This document shows positions 16,197-26,665 of a stretch of DNA of 64,000 bases, piece after piece (the first letter of the stretch is position 1; every line of letters begins with the position of its first letter). The translations under genes and the position numbers were made by a program. Under the pieces are notes generated by a model. That model worked only from the letters and a program-made list of their open reading frames with translations. It was not told where the DNA came from and did not search any database. This DNA is from an uncultured virus (IMG/VR IMGVR_UViG_3300037418_000929) (Duplodnaviria; Heunggongvirae; Uroviricota; Caudoviricetes): the IMG/VR virus record IMGVR_UViG_3300037418_000929; one strand, written 5' to 3'.

Positions 16197-16451
16197 GTGG
16201 CGGATAAACCACCCGCCGCCGGACGCGGCAGGCCCAAGGGCGCTCAGAATAAGATCACCCGCGAACTCAAGACGATGATCCTTGAGGCGTTGGAGAACAA
16301 GGGCGGCGTCGAATATCTTGAGCGCCAAGCGGATGAGAACGCCACCGCATTCCTCACGCTGATCGGCAAGGTCCTCCCGCTTCAGGTGGCCGGCGAGCTG
16401 GATCACAAGGTCAAGGTTTCTGGATCGCTGGCGTGGAAGCCGCCGCAGTAA
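16197..16451 (+). CDS. terS: Terminase small subunit
   Basis: GRPKGAQNKIT motif; directly upstream of terL. Confidence 0.8.
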   Translation: MADKPPAAGRGRPKGAQNKITRELKTMILEALENKGGVEYLERQADENATAFLTLIGKVLPLQVAGELDHKVKVSGSLAWKPPQ

Positions 16452-17695
16452 TCGAGAGCCCTTATGCTCCACGCCATCAGTTCATGGGATTGCACACGCG
16501 AGAGACGCGCTGGGCGATTGCTGTGTGTCATCGGCGTGCGGGAAAGACCGTCGCCTGTGTCAACGACCTGATTAAGGCCGCAGCGACATGCGAGCGCAAC
16601 AACCCGCGCTTCGCCTACATCGCGCCACAGCTCAACCAGGCCAAGGACATCGCCTGGAGCTACCTTTTAGAGTATACCGATTGCTTCGGCCCTGAAAGGA
16701 AAGTGAATGCCTCGGAGCTATGGGTTGAGCTTCCTAATAACGGCGCTCGCATACGGATTTACGGGGCTGATAACCCAGACCGGCTTCGTGGCATTTATCT
16801 GGATGGTGCCGTCCTTGATGAGTTTGGCGATATGGACCCGACTGTATGGTCGCAGGTCATTCGTCCTGCGCTCTCCGACCGTAAGGGTTGGGCCGTGTTT
16901 ATCGGCACTCCGAAGGGCAAGAACACCTTCCACACGCTCTGGACGCAGGCCCACGAAAGCAGCGACTGGTTCACGCTGAACCTGAAAGCCTCGGAGACGG
17001 GGCTGCTCGACGCGGATGAACTGACCGACGCGCGCCGAATGATGAGCGAGGACGAATACGCTCAGGAATACGAGTGCTCGTTCGAGGCTGCGGTCAAGGG
17101 TGCCTACTACGGCAAGGAGATGAACGATGCGGAGGATCGCATTGCTCCTGTGCCTTACGACCCACGGCTACCGGTCCACACCGCATGGGACTTGGGCGTC
17201 GCGGATTCGACGGTCATTTGGTTCGTCCAGACGGCTGGCCGCGAAACTCGGCTTATCGACTGCCTCAAGGGTGAGGGCGTCGGGCTCGACTGGTATGTTA
17301 AGCGCCTATCTGAGCGAGACTATGTGTGGGGCAATCACTATCTCCCGCATGATGTCGAGGTCAGGGAACTCGGCACGGGCAAGAGCCGCAAAGAGGTTCT
17401 AGCCGGGCTGGGGATTAAGGCCACCGTCTGCCCCAACATTCCATTGGCGGACGGCGTCCAGGCGGTTCGGATGCTGCTGCCGACATGCTGGTTCGACAAG
17501 GCGAAGTGCAAGGCGGGGATCGAAGCCCTGCGCATGTATCGCCGCGAATATGACGAGAAGCGGCAGGAGTTCCGCCAGCACCCGTTGCACGACTGGACCT
17601 CGCACTACGCCGACGCGCTGAGATATTTTGCGGTCGGACACAAGAACAGGGTTGAGGCCAAGCCCATCCGCTACAGCTCGAAGGGAATAGTTTGA
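16433..17695 (+). CDS. terL: Terminase large subunit
   Basis: HRRAGKT Walker A, VLDE Walker B, GTPKG, WDLG, HDWTSHYADA. Confidence 0.95.
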   Translation: MEAAAVIESPYAPRHQFMGLHTRETRWAIAVCHRRAGKTVACVNDLIKAAATCERNNPRFAYIAPQLNQAKDIAWSYLLEYTDCFGPERKVNASELWVELPNNGARIRIYGADNPDRLRGIYLDGAVLDEFGDMDPTVWSQVIRPALSDRKGWAVFIGTPKGKNTFHTLWTQAHESSDWFTLNLKASETGLLDADELTDARRMMSEDEYAQEYECSFEAAVKGAYYGKEMNDAEDRIAPVPYDPRLPVHTAWDLGVADSTVIWFVQTAGRETRLIDCLKGEGVGLDWYVKRLSERDYVWGNHYLPHDVEVRELGTGKSRKEVLAGLGIKATVCPNIPLADGVQAVRMLLPTCWFDKAKCKAGIEALRMYRREYDEKRQEFRQHPLHDWTSHYADALRYFAVGHKNRVEAKPIRYSSKGIV

Positions 17696-17825
17696 TGCGT
17701 CTCTTCTGCCGCCGCCCCCATGTGCGTCAGGGCGCATCAGCCGCTAAGATCAACAACTATTTTCGCACCGTGATGGTCGAGCTTCGAGCGCGTCAGTATT
17801 ACTTCTGGCTGGGGGCGGACGGCTA

Positions 17826-19826
17826 ATGGACGCCGATCCCGACTTCCTCGCGTTTCTCCGGTCCGAGGAGGCAAGGGCTTACGACGGCACCCTGCTGGAT
17901 GAGGTCGAAGCGGCGATCAAGTCCTACAACGGCGCTGAATATGGCGACGAGGAAGAGGGCCGCTCACAGGTCGTTGCCCGCGATGTCGCCGAGACTGCCG
18001 ACTACATGCTCACCTCGGTTGTCGATGCGTTCGTTGCATCGGGGCGTGTGGTCGAGTTCGAGCCGACCGACCAAGCCGATGAGGGCGCTGCGGACGACGC
18101 CACCGAGGCGCTGCACTATCTCTATCGCAGGAAGTCGGGCTTCCGCTTCATCCACGATTGGGCGAAGGCTGGGCTGCTAGAGAAGATCGGCATTGCCAAG
18201 ACGTGCGTCGAGCGGCGCAAGAAGCGTGTCGAGGGGCTGTATCACCCGGCGATGATGCCGGACAATGCCATCGAGGCGCAGGAAACCGACCAGCTTCACC
18301 CGGTTGACGGCTCGCCGATGATCCATGCGGTGACGCTGGAAGAGACGGCGGCGACGTTCATCGATCGCTTCGTTCCGCTTGAGGAGTTCCGCTGCGCGCC
18401 CGACACGGGGACCAATCTCGACGATTCCGTGTATCTCGCGCACCTTGTTGACAAGCGCATTTCCGAACTGACCGAGATGGGCTTCGATGTGGCGGGCCTG
18501 GACCTGTCGCAAGGGTCGAGCCCGCTCATCAGTTCGTTGACCAACGCCCGCGACGATGGGCGCACGACATGGTACGGCACGCTCGACCGACAAGGGGCAA
18601 ACCGCAAGGTCACGCTCAACGAGGAATATGTCCTCTACGACCTGAACGGCGACGGCATTGCCGAGCGGCTGTGCGTTCATCGCGTGGGGAACACGATCCT
18701 CGCGATTGAGGAGACCGATTACCAGCCCTTCGAATACTGGTGCCCATACCCGATGCAGGGGCGTCTCATCGGTCAGTCGCTCGCCGACAAGACGATGGAC
18801 ATCCAGCGCGTCAACACCGTGCTCGAACGCAACATGCTGGACAGTCTCTATTTCCAGACGGCTCCCGGCACGTTCATCCACGAGGATAGCTGCGGCGACC
18901 ACACGATTGACGACTTGCTGACGATCAGGCCGGGGCGCTTGGTTCGGTATACGGGCGCAAACCCGCCGATCCCGGAAGTTCGCACGGATGTGTCCGGCTT
19001 CGCGATGCAGGCCATCGAGTTCAAGATTCGCCAGCGTGAATCCAGAACCGGCATCACCCGCCTCAACAAGGGCGTCGATGACGACGTTCTGAACGACACC
19101 GCGCGCGGCCAGGCTCAGTTGATGAGCCGGGGCCAGCAGATGGAGCGCTATATCATCCGCAACTTCGCGGAAGGCGTGGCCCGCCTGTTCATGCGCAAGG
19201 TGTCGCTGCTCAGGAAATACAGCCCGCCGTTCCAGATCAGGGTCGATGGCGAATATCGCATGGTCGATCCCTCACAATGGCCCGAGGAGATGGAGGTCAA
19301 TGTCCGCGTCGGGCTCGGTTCGGGGTCGAAGGACGAGCGGATCATGTACCGCCAGATGATCGGGCAAGCGCAGGCAATGCTGAAGCAGGCGGGCTCGCCG
19401 ATTGTGACCGACGACAATCTCTACAACATGGCGGTTGGCCTGACCCGCGATTGCGGGCTTGAGCCGAACGATCTCTTCACCGAGCCGCCCAAGGACGAAA
19501 ACGGCAATCCAATCCCGCAGCAGACGCCGCCCGATCCCAAGGTGATGGCGCTGATGGCGCAGGTGCAGGTGAAGCAGCAGGCGATCGAGGCGCAGAAGGA
19601 AGCCGACGCCGCGAAGATTCAGCAGATGATCGCGCAGCATGTGAGCGAGGCGCAGATCGAAAGCGCCCGCCAGCAGATGGAAGCTGCACTGGAGATTCGC
19701 CAGCAGAACATCCAGGCGTTCATCGACCAGCAGCAGATGATCCTCGATGCGCACAAGCACGCCACGCAGATGGATAATCAGCAGAAGATCGCGAAGATGC
19801 GTCCGGGTGGGAAGTTGAACAAATGA
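17826..19826 (+). CDS. Portal protein (podovirus type, long C-terminal barrel)
   Basis: Follows terL; EEEGRSQVV, TARG..QLM, Q-rich coiled C-terminus. Confidence 0.9.
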   Translation: MDADPDFLAFLRSEEARAYDGTLLDEVEAAIKSYNGAEYGDEEEGRSQVVARDVAETADYMLTSVVDAFVASGRVVEFEPTDQADEGAADDATEALHYLYRRKSGFRFIHDWAKAGLLEKIGIAKTCVERRKKRVEGLYHPAMMPDNAIEAQETDQLHPVDGSPMIHAVTLEETAATFIDRFVPLEEFRCAPDTGTNLDDSVYLAHLVDKRISELTEMGFDVAGLDLSQGSSPLISSLTNARDDGRTTWYGTLDRQGANRKVTLNEEYVLYDLNGDGIAERLCVHRVGNTILAIEETDYQPFEYWCPYPMQGRLIGQSLADKTMDIQRVNTVLERNMLDSLYFQTAPGTFIHEDSCGDHTIDDLLTIRPGRLVRYTGANPPIPEVRTDVSGFAMQAIEFKIRQRESRTGITRLNKGVDDDVLNDTARGQAQLMSRGQQMERYIIRNFAEGVARLFMRKVSLLRKYSPPFQIRVDGEYRMVDPSQWPEEMEVNVRVGLGSGSKDERIMYRQMIGQAQAMLKQAGSPIVTDDNLYNMAVGLTRDCGLEPNDLFTEPPKDENGNPIPQQTPPDPKVMALMAQVQVKQQAIEAQKEADAAKIQQMIAQHVSEAQIESARQQMEAALEIRQQNIQAFIDQQQMILDAHKHATQMDNQQKIAKMRPGGKLNK

Positions 19827-20011
19827 TGGCCGCAGTCCGCAGGGCGATCACATCGTGGGTTCGTGATTGGGAATATCGCCTGCTTTACCGCAGCCACGTT
19901 GTTCGCGGGCTTGCCGAGCAAATCGAATGGCGGCTCTCGCTGAATCACTCCGCGCCCGACACGAAGGCGGCATACGAGCTTAGCAAGAAGCTGCGAGCGT
20001 TGATTAAATGA
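19823..20011 (+). CDS. Hypothetical protein
   Basis: ATGA overlaps on both sides. Confidence 0.45.
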   Translation: MMAAVRRAITSWVRDWEYRLLYRSHVVRGLAEQIEWRLSLNHSAPDTKAAYELSKKLRALIK

Positions 20012-20331
20012 CCGAGCCCGAACGCATCGCCCGCGCGCATCGTGCCCAAGCCACGCTCGACGAGTTCCTGTCGCCGATGTTCGCCGAGCTGCGCGATGAA
20101 TACACCGCGCGCCTCGCCGAGGTTGCGCGAACCGAGCTGAACATTCAGCGCCGCGCCGAGGCCGTGGGAATGTTGAGTGTCGCACTCAAGGTCGTGGACA
20201 CGCTTGAATTGGGAATGGCCGAGATCGTACGCGACGGTGAATTGGCGCGGCAATCGAAGGCGCGAGCCGACAAGGTTTTGCAGATGTCCGACGCGCAGCA
20301 ACGGCTGCTGAAGATCGGCGCGAACTACTAG
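20008..20331 (+). CDS. Hypothetical head-module protein
   Basis: Located between portal and scaffold. Confidence 0.65.
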   Translation: MTEPERIARAHRAQATLDEFLSPMFAELRDEYTARLAEVARTELNIQRRAEAVGMLSVALKVVDTLELGMAEIVRDGELARQSKARADKVLQMSDAQQRLLKIGANY

Positions 20332-20553
20332 GGGGAGTTGGCAGACACCCGCCCTCGGTCTGCCAGCGAGGCTTTGGCCAGATCGGCGGTTACACGTAGC
20401 CACCTAATCCTGCGCGGTAGCCGCGCCCCGGAACTGCGCGACTAGGCATCGCGCTACCACATTTCAGAGATTCCCTCAAGGGAAGCGACAGCCGGAAAGA
20501 CGGCCAACGACACGAGCGGGGAACCAACTCCGCCAATTCAAGGACACGACCCG

Positions 20554-21546
20554 ATGACCCAGCCCATTGAGGCAGTCGGAGGCGAGGCCACGCCCGTCGA
20601 ACCGACCACGGACTATTTCACCGAACTTGCCGAGCAAGAGTTCGGGGTGACGGACGAACAGGAAGAAGAACCGGCAGAAGCCCCAGAGGGTGAAGAAGCC
20701 GCAGACGAGACCGACATCGAAGAGGAAGCCGACGATCTTCCTCCCATCGATCCGCCGGTATCGTGGGACGCCGAAGCGAAAGAGGTGTTCAAGAACCTGC
20801 CCCGCGAAGCACAGGAGATCGTGCAGAAGCGGGAAGCGGATCGCGAGCGCTTCGTTCAATCGAAGTCCCAGGAGGCCGCGCAGGCCAAGCAGACCGCGAT
20901 CCAGCAGGCAACCGCCGAGCTGGCGCAGGTCGAGCAAGGCTATGCGCAGCACTTCCAACAGCTTGCCGAGCAGCTTCAGCCGCAGCGGCCAAACCCGCAG
21001 TTGCTGCAAGTCGATCCGGCGGCATTCTACGCCCAGCAAGCGAATTACGAGAACGCGATTGCCCAGCAGCGCGAGTTGCAGCAGCGGTCTCAGGAGTTCG
21101 CCCAGCAGGCGCAGGCACGAGCGGCTCAGATCGCTCAGGCCGAACAGGCGGAACAGCGCCGCGTCATCGTCGAACAATTCCCGGAATATGCCGACCCTAC
21201 GACCGGTCCAGCGCTTCGGCAGAAGCTCTCGGCGGTCGCCAAGCGTCTCGGCTACTCCGATGAGCTGATCGGACAAGCTCGCGCGACCGACATCCTCGCT
21301 ATGCGTGAAGTCGCGTCCGCCCTCGACAAGGCGGACAAATACGACGCGCTGATGGCGAAGAAGATGGAGAAGGTCCGCGCCGCCAAAGGACTGCCCAAGG
21401 TAGCCACCCCCGGCGTTGCGCAGAATCCCGATCAGGTCCGCGCCAAGAGCGCAGCAGCCGCCTTCGAACTCGCGAAAACCTCCAAGAACAGAGATGTCGC
21501 TGGGGCAGCGTTTTACGAGGGCCTCCAAAAATCAGGGCTCATCTAA
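20554..21546 (+). CDS. Scaffolding protein
   Basis: Acidic N-terminus, coiled coil, precedes the capsid gene. Confidence 0.8.
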   Translation: MTQPIEAVGGEATPVEPTTDYFTELAEQEFGVTDEQEEEPAEAPEGEEAADETDIEEEADDLPPIDPPVSWDAEAKEVFKNLPREAQEIVQKREADRERFVQSKSQEAAQAKQTAIQQATAELAQVEQGYAQHFQQLAEQLQPQRPNPQLLQVDPAAFYAQQANYENAIAQQRELQQRSQEFAQQAQARAAQIAQAEQAEQRRVIVEQFPEYADPTTGPALRQKLSAVAKRLGYSDELIGQARATDILAMREVASALDKADKYDALMAKKMEKVRAAKGLPKVATPGVAQNPDQVRAKSAAAAFELAKTSKNRDVAGAAFYEGLQKSGLI

Positions 21547-21570
21547 GCCCCAAACGAAAAGAGTCAGAAA

Positions 21571-22536
21571 ATGACCGTTCCCACGAACACCATCCAGGCG
21601 GTCAACCGCGTGGGTGTCCGGGAGGACTTGTCCGACCGTATCGGCGAGCTTTTTCCCGACGAGTGCCCGTTCCAGAAGGCGATCGGCAAGGAATCCGCTA
21701 CTCAGGTTTACCACGAGTGGCAGACCGACGCCCTCGCCGCTGCATCGGCCACCAACGCCGCCATCCAGGGCGACGATCTGGCGAACGCCTCGCGTGCCAA
21801 CACGGTGCGTCAGGGCAACTACACGCAGATCATGACCAAGGTCGTCGGCTCCTCGACCACGATGGAGGCCACCCGCACTGCGGGCCGCGCTTCCGAGCTG
21901 GGCCGAGAGCTGATGAAGGCGGGCCGCGAACTCAAGACCGACGCCGAGCTGCGTTTCACCGGCAACTATGCCGCGACCGCTCCGGCTTCGGGCACCGCGG
22001 GCCTTACCGCCGGTGCGCTTGGCTTCATCGTCACCAACAGCGTCGGTGGCACCGGCTACGTCGCTCCGACCTATTCGGGCGGCGGCACCAGCGGCTATGT
22101 CAACGCGGCGGCGACGAGCGGCACCAACCGCGCCGTTACCGAAGCGATGCTCAAGACCGCACTTTCTACGGCGTGGGTCAAGGGCGGCAATCCGCGCATG
22201 GTCATCGTGTCGGCCACGCAGAAGCAGAACCTTGCGGCGTTCTCGGGCCTCGCCCAGGCGCGTCGTGAGACCGGCGACAAGCGTGCGACCATCGTTGCCG
22301 GGGCCGACGTGTATGTGTCGGACTTCGGCGAAGTGCAGTTCGTGCCGTCGCGCTTCTGCTCGGCGAATGACGCGCTGGTGATCGACCCCGATTATTGGGC
22401 GGTTGCCGAACTCGACAGCCTGAAGGTCATCGACCTTGCCAAGACGGGCCTCGCGACCCGCAAGGCGATGTATCAGGAAGTCGCGCTGGTATCGCGCAAC
22501 GAGGCTGCCTCGGCGGCCATCCGCGCGCTGAGCTAG
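21571..22536 (+). CDS. Major capsid protein (SU10/DUF5309-like)
   Basis: REDLSD..PF...HEWQTD.L...GNYTQI...DVYVSDFG...LAKTG. Confidence 0.9.
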   Translation: MTVPTNTIQAVNRVGVREDLSDRIGELFPDECPFQKAIGKESATQVYHEWQTDALAAASATNAAIQGDDLANASRANTVRQGNYTQIMTKVVGSSTTMEATRTAGRASELGRELMKAGRELKTDAELRFTGNYAATAPASGTAGLTAGALGFIVTNSVGGTGYVAPTYSGGGTSGYVNAAATSGTNRAVTEAMLKTALSTAWVKGGNPRMVIVSATQKQNLAAFSGLAQARRETGDKRATIVAGADVYVSDFGEVQFVPSRFCSANDALVIDPDYWAVAELDSLKVIDLAKTGLATRKAMYQEVALVSRNEAASAAIRALS

Positions 22537-22542
22537 TAACTG

Positions 22543-22574
22543 AATGGGGCGGGGCTTCGGTCTCGCCCCATTTA
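22543..22574 (+). terminator. Terminator after the capsid gene
   Basis: AATGGGGCGGGGC-TTCG-GTCTCGCCCCATT. Confidence 0.7.
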
Positions 22575-22588
22575 TGTGAGGGTCGCCC

Positions 22589-22918
22589 ATGACGGAATGG
22601 GAGCTGATCGACGACGGCACGTTCAACGGCGTCCGCAAGTGGATCAGGTCGAGCGACGATGAGCACGGCACGGTCCAAGTTCGGTACGAGGGCTTCGACG
22701 TTCCAGTCATCCTGAAGCGCAATCACGAAGCGCGGATGGAGAACGACGGCAAGCGCATGGGCGACGGCATGGAAAAGGCCGCCGAAATCCCCGCGACAGT
22801 GCTCTACCAATGGTTGGTCGAGGACGGGGTGTGGGCACCGAACGACCCCGAATACACCAAGCGCAAGCTCAACGATCCCGACTGGCGCTATCTCAAGTGC
22901 CGCAGCATCATCATCTGA
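22589..22918 (+). CDS. Hypothetical virion-module protein
   Basis: AEIP...W...LNDPDWRYLK. Confidence 0.7.
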   Translation: MTEWELIDDGTFNGVRKWIRSSDDEHGTVQVRYEGFDVPVILKRNHEARMENDGKRMGDGMEKAAEIPATVLYQWLVEDGVWAPNDPEYTKRKLNDPDWRYLKCRSIII

Positions 22919-22927
22919 GGACATCCA

Positions 22928-23593
22928 ATGGCGATCTCGGTCAATGTGTCCTCTGCCGCTGCAATCGGCAGCAAGGACGATCTCAAGACATGGATCGCCG
23001 AAGAGGTTGACCGCGACCTTTCCGAGATTACCGACAATCTCGACAAGTGGATTCTCATGGCGGAAGCGCGGTTCAACCGCGACCTTCGCTGTTCCGAGAT
23101 GGAACGCAGCATCTTCGGTTACGCCACCGCCGAGGACATGCCGCTTCCCGACGATTATCTCGCCATGCGGGCCATCTATATCGAGGGCAGCCCCGACCGG
23201 CCCTTGAGGGGATTGGCCCCGTCCGCAATCCGACAGGAGTTCGACGGCACGGCGGGAACGCCGGTTGCCTATACGCTGATCGCCAACAGCCTGAGATTGG
23301 TCCCGCCGCCCTCGGGGAACGTCCTCTTGTCGATGGACTATTGGGCGAAGATCGAAGCGCTCACCACGAACAATCCGTCGAACTGGCTGCTGGAATCGCA
23401 TCCCGACGCCTATGTGACGGCGGTCCTCTATCATTACTACCGCTGGTCGAAGGATCGCGAGGCGGCAATCGACGCGAACCAGCTATGCGAATTGCTGGTC
23501 GCGAAGATCAACCGCTCCTCTCGAAATGACAGGTTCGGCGCGGGGCCGCTGGTCCCTAACGCGGTTGCGCAGGTTCGCATCGCGAAGTGCTGA
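22928..23593 (+). CDS. Head-tail adaptor protein
   Basis: AEARFNRDLR...LPDDYL...NWLLESHPDAY. Confidence 0.8.
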   Translation: MAISVNVSSAAAIGSKDDLKTWIAEEVDRDLSEITDNLDKWILMAEARFNRDLRCSEMERSIFGYATAEDMPLPDDYLAMRAIYIEGSPDRPLRGLAPSAIRQEFDGTAGTPVAYTLIANSLRLVPPPSGNVLLSMDYWAKIEALTTNNPSNWLLESHPDAYVTAVLYHYYRWSKDREAAIDANQLCELLVAKINRSSRNDRFGAGPLVPNAVAQVRIAKC

Positions 23594-24984
23594 AAACATA
23601 CGCTCTTCCCGAGCTTACTCCAGACCTCGCGGGAAACGTTCTCACCAAGGCCGTCAACGTCCGCGCCATCGGCAACGGTTACGCTCCGATTGGCGCTCCG
23701 CAGGGGGTTACCACGGCGCTCCCCGCAGCGTTCAACGGTGGCGGCGCGTTCATCGATTCCGATGGCAACTCGACGCTTCTGGCGGCCACGGCCACCGACG
23801 TTTACAAATACGGTTCGGGCTGGACCAGCGTCCTCGCCGCAGCGGCCAATCAGGTCGTCCGGTTCGCGCAATATGGCGATAACGTCCTCATCGCCAATGG
23901 CGGGACGGCCAAGAGCTACGACCTGACCGCAGGCACGGTTTCGACGCCTACCGATGCGCCGTCGCTGATCGACGTGGCGCAGGCCCGCGATTTCGTCATG
24001 GGCATCACCACCGACAACGCCTTGCAATGGTGCCAGTTCAACAATTCCTCCGTGTGGACCACGGGCGCGAACCAGGCGGACAGGCAGCCGAGCCTGTGGG
24101 GGCAATTGAAGCGGGTTGTCGGCGGCGAATATATCATCGCCATCACCGACCGCGCCGTGGTTCGTGGAACCTATGTCGGGGTCGAGGGCGGCCTTAGCAT
24201 CATCTGGCAGTTCGACGAGATTTCCGCCGAGACGGGCTGCATGGCCTCGGGCTCGGTTTGCAATGTCGGGCGGCTGATCTTCTTCCTGTCCGAGCGCGGC
24301 TTCATGCTGTGCGACGGAAACGAGGTCGTTCCGATTGGCGACGAGAAGTTCAACCGCTGGTTCTTCAAGACCTATTCGCGGGCGCAGATCGCCGACATCT
24401 GGGGCGCGATCGATCCTCGACACAGCCTTGTCATGTGGGCGATGCCAGGAACGCCGGGCCGGATCATTGCTTATAATTGGGTCCTGAAGCGCGGCACGGT
24501 CGTCGAGATCGATGTCGCGGGGATGTTCACCGGCTACACGTCGGGCATTCCACTGGATGCTCTGGACGCGATTTACGGCGATCTGGATTCGATCCCGATC
24601 AGCCTCGACGATCCTTCGCTGGCCGGCGGAAATCCGCTCCTGCTGATCGCCGACAGTTCGAACGTGCTGAACGCGCTGACCGGGGCCAATCTGGAAGCGA
24701 AGTTCCGCTATGAAAACATCGAGCCGGTTCCGGGCCGCAGGGCGCGGATCAGCCAGGTTCGGCTGATCTCGGACGCGAACCACGCGAGTGCGACGATTGA
24801 CGCCCGGATGAAGCCTGGGGACGCGGAGAACGTCAAAACCGCTTCCTCGATGCGAAGCAACGGCAAGATGCCGATCCGTTCGAACGGGCGTTACAACACG
24901 CTTGAGATTACCATTCCCGCCGGGGAAGATTGGTCGTTCATCCAAGGCTGCGAGTTGGAATTCGAGCCGGGGGATGGCCGCTAA
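23587..24984 (+). CDS. Tail nozzle / packaged DNA stabilization protein (P22 gp10-like)
   Basis: Beta-rich, GCMASGSV...FFLSERGF; position. Confidence 0.75.
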   Translation: MLKTYALPELTPDLAGNVLTKAVNVRAIGNGYAPIGAPQGVTTALPAAFNGGGAFIDSDGNSTLLAATATDVYKYGSGWTSVLAAAANQVVRFAQYGDNVLIANGGTAKSYDLTAGTVSTPTDAPSLIDVAQARDFVMGITTDNALQWCQFNNSSVWTTGANQADRQPSLWGQLKRVVGGEYIIAITDRAVVRGTYVGVEGGLSIIWQFDEISAETGCMASGSVCNVGRLIFFLSERGFMLCDGNEVVPIGDEKFNRWFFKTYSRAQIADIWGAIDPRHSLVMWAMPGTPGRIIAYNWVLKRGTVVEIDVAGMFTGYTSGIPLDALDAIYGDLDSIPISLDDPSLAGGNPLLLIADSSNVLNALTGANLEAKFRYENIEPVPGRRARISQVRLISDANHASATIDARMKPGDAENVKTASSMRSNGKMPIRSNGRYNTLEITIPAGEDWSFIQGCELEFEPGDGR

Positions 24985-25358
24985 TGCAGACCACCTATCG
25001 CACCAACCACCTGACCGATCCCAGGCATGTGGCGATCTCGCTCAACATCGCTCGGCGAAAGACGGACCCGCTGGACCTGAGCGCGGACCAATCGACGCTG
25101 ATTGTGGATCGCCCGCTCACCGTGACGGGGGCATACCAGATCGGTGGGGTTCAGGTCGTCGGTCCCCGGATTACCGGATGGACGGCGGCAACGGGAACGC
25201 CGTCACGGGGCGCGTTTGCCGCTGCGGCTGCCGGGACTGCATCGGCAAGCTATGTCCAGAGCGAATTGCAGGGCGCGCTGAACCGGATCGCTGCGCTTGA
25301 GGCTCGACTGGTTGCCTACGACGCCGACCTGAGAACGACGGGGCTTATCGGGACGTGA
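24984..25358 (+). CDS. Tail needle-like protein
   Basis: GVQVVGPRITGW..ATGT motif; position. Confidence 0.5.
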   Translation: MQTTYRTNHLTDPRHVAISLNIARRKTDPLDLSADQSTLIVDRPLTVTGAYQIGGVQVVGPRITGWTAATGTPSRGAFAAAAAGTASASYVQSELQGALNRIAALEARLVAYDADLRTTGLIGT

Positions 25359-25756
25359 TCTGCGGCGCGGTGGCTGATCCTCGCAAATGGGATCGGTGGC
25401 CGGAAGCCGAAGCGTTGCTCGAACCGGCGCGTGCGAGGGGCGACTTCCCTTCGGTTCTGAGCGGACATGAAGTGCTGTTCGTGGTGCTCGACGGAGACGA
25501 CCTTCTCGCCGCCGCGACGGCATGGCTGAGCACTGAGAAATACGTTGAGGTCAAGCTGATCGGCGGTCGCGATCATCGCCGCTGGATCAAGCAACTGGAC
25601 GACGCGATTGGGGCCGAAGCAACGCGAGCGGGGGCTACGCGGCTTCTGGCGATAGGGCGGCTTGGATGGTGGAAAACCATCAAGCCATTGGGGTGGGCGC
25701 AATGTCAGCCGGTTGAAGATCACTGGCTGTTCGAGAAGCAACTAGAGCGCGGCTAA
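25355..25756 (+). CDS. GNAT-like protein (P22 gp14 position)
   Basis: IGG...W...GATRLLAIGRLGW. Confidence 0.55.
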   Translation: MICGAVADPRKWDRWPEAEALLEPARARGDFPSVLSGHEVLFVVLDGDDLLAAATAWLSTEKYVEVKLIGGRDHRRWIKQLDDAIGAEATRAGATRLLAIGRLGWWKTIKPLGWAQCQPVEDHWLFEKQLERG

Positions 25757-25768
25757 CGCGCCGGGGGT

Positions 25769-26665
25769 TTGGAATTGGGCAAGAAAACAACGGACACCAA
25801 GAGCACTTCGACGCCTTGGGCTCCAGCACAGCCGATCCTGACCGGTGCGGGCAACGACATCCTCAACACCGTTCAGGGCAACGCTGGCAATCTTCAGGGC
25901 GTCGAAAGCGGAATTACGGGAAGCACGATTCCCGGTCTGCAAGCGCAGATCAAGCAGCAGGGAAAAGAGCTTCAGCCGGGCTTCAAATACATCAATTCGA
26001 CGCTCTCGCCGGGCTTCCTGAACACCGGACAGTCGCAGGCCCAGGCATTGGGCGACTTCGCCGGTCAGCAGGCGGGGAACGCGGTCAATTCCGCCTTCTC
26101 GTCGGCGGGGCGCACGGGAAGCGGCAACAACGTCACCGACCTCGCGCGCGGAGTGACCCAGGCCGAACTCGCGCCGATGCTCCAGAACCTCCAGTATAAC
26201 GAGGGCATCCAGAACCAGGCTGCGGGGATGCTGCCGGGCTATACGACCTCGCAGTTCGCTGGATACACGCCGCTTTTGGGCGCTCAGCAGCTCGCTGGAC
26301 AGCTTCCGTATTATGGCACGCAGGCGCTGAGCGGCGTTGGCAATCTATTCGGAGGCTATGGGACGCAAACCAGCCAACAGCCGAACGGAATGCTGAACGG
26401 GCTTTTGGGCGCTGGTGCATCGCTCGGCTCGGCACTGATTATGGCCTCGGATCGCAGGCTGAAAACCAACATCAAGCTGGAGTTCCGCGCGCCAGACGGA
26501 CTCGGTTGGTATTCGTGGAACTGGCGCAGCAATCCGGACGGCGCGCGGGAGGAAGGCGTAATCGCCGATGAGGTCGAGAAGCTGCGCCCGCAAGCGTTTG
26601 TCAAGGGCTTCGTTGGCGGCGTTTATGATGGCGTGAACTACGCCGCTTTGGGGAGCGTGAGATAG
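25769..26665 (+). CDS. Ejection/pilot protein with C-terminal Peptidase_S74-like domain
   Basis: Gly/Gln-rich; SDRRLKTNI...GVIADEV...VNY. Confidence 0.75.
   Translation: MELGKKTTDTKSTSTPWAPAQPILTGAGNDILNTVQGNAGNLQGVESGITGSTIPGLQAQIKQQGKELQPGFKYINSTLSPGFLNTGQSQAQALGDFAGQQAGNAVNSAFSSAGRTGSGNNVTDLARGVTQAELAPMLQNLQYNEGIQNQAAGMLPGYTTSQFAGYTPLLGAQQLAGQLPYYGTQALSGVGNLFGGYGTQTSQQPNGMLNGLLGAGASLGSALIMASDRRLKTNIKLEFRAPDGLGWYSWNWRSNPDGAREEGVIADEVEKLRPQAFVKGFVGGVYDGVNYAALGSVR

Noticed and set aside
20476..24945. Long minus-strand ORFs (350, 396, 335 and 502 aa) opposite the head and tail genes
   Set aside because: Shadow ORFs expected opposite high-GC coding DNA; no motifs and no RBS
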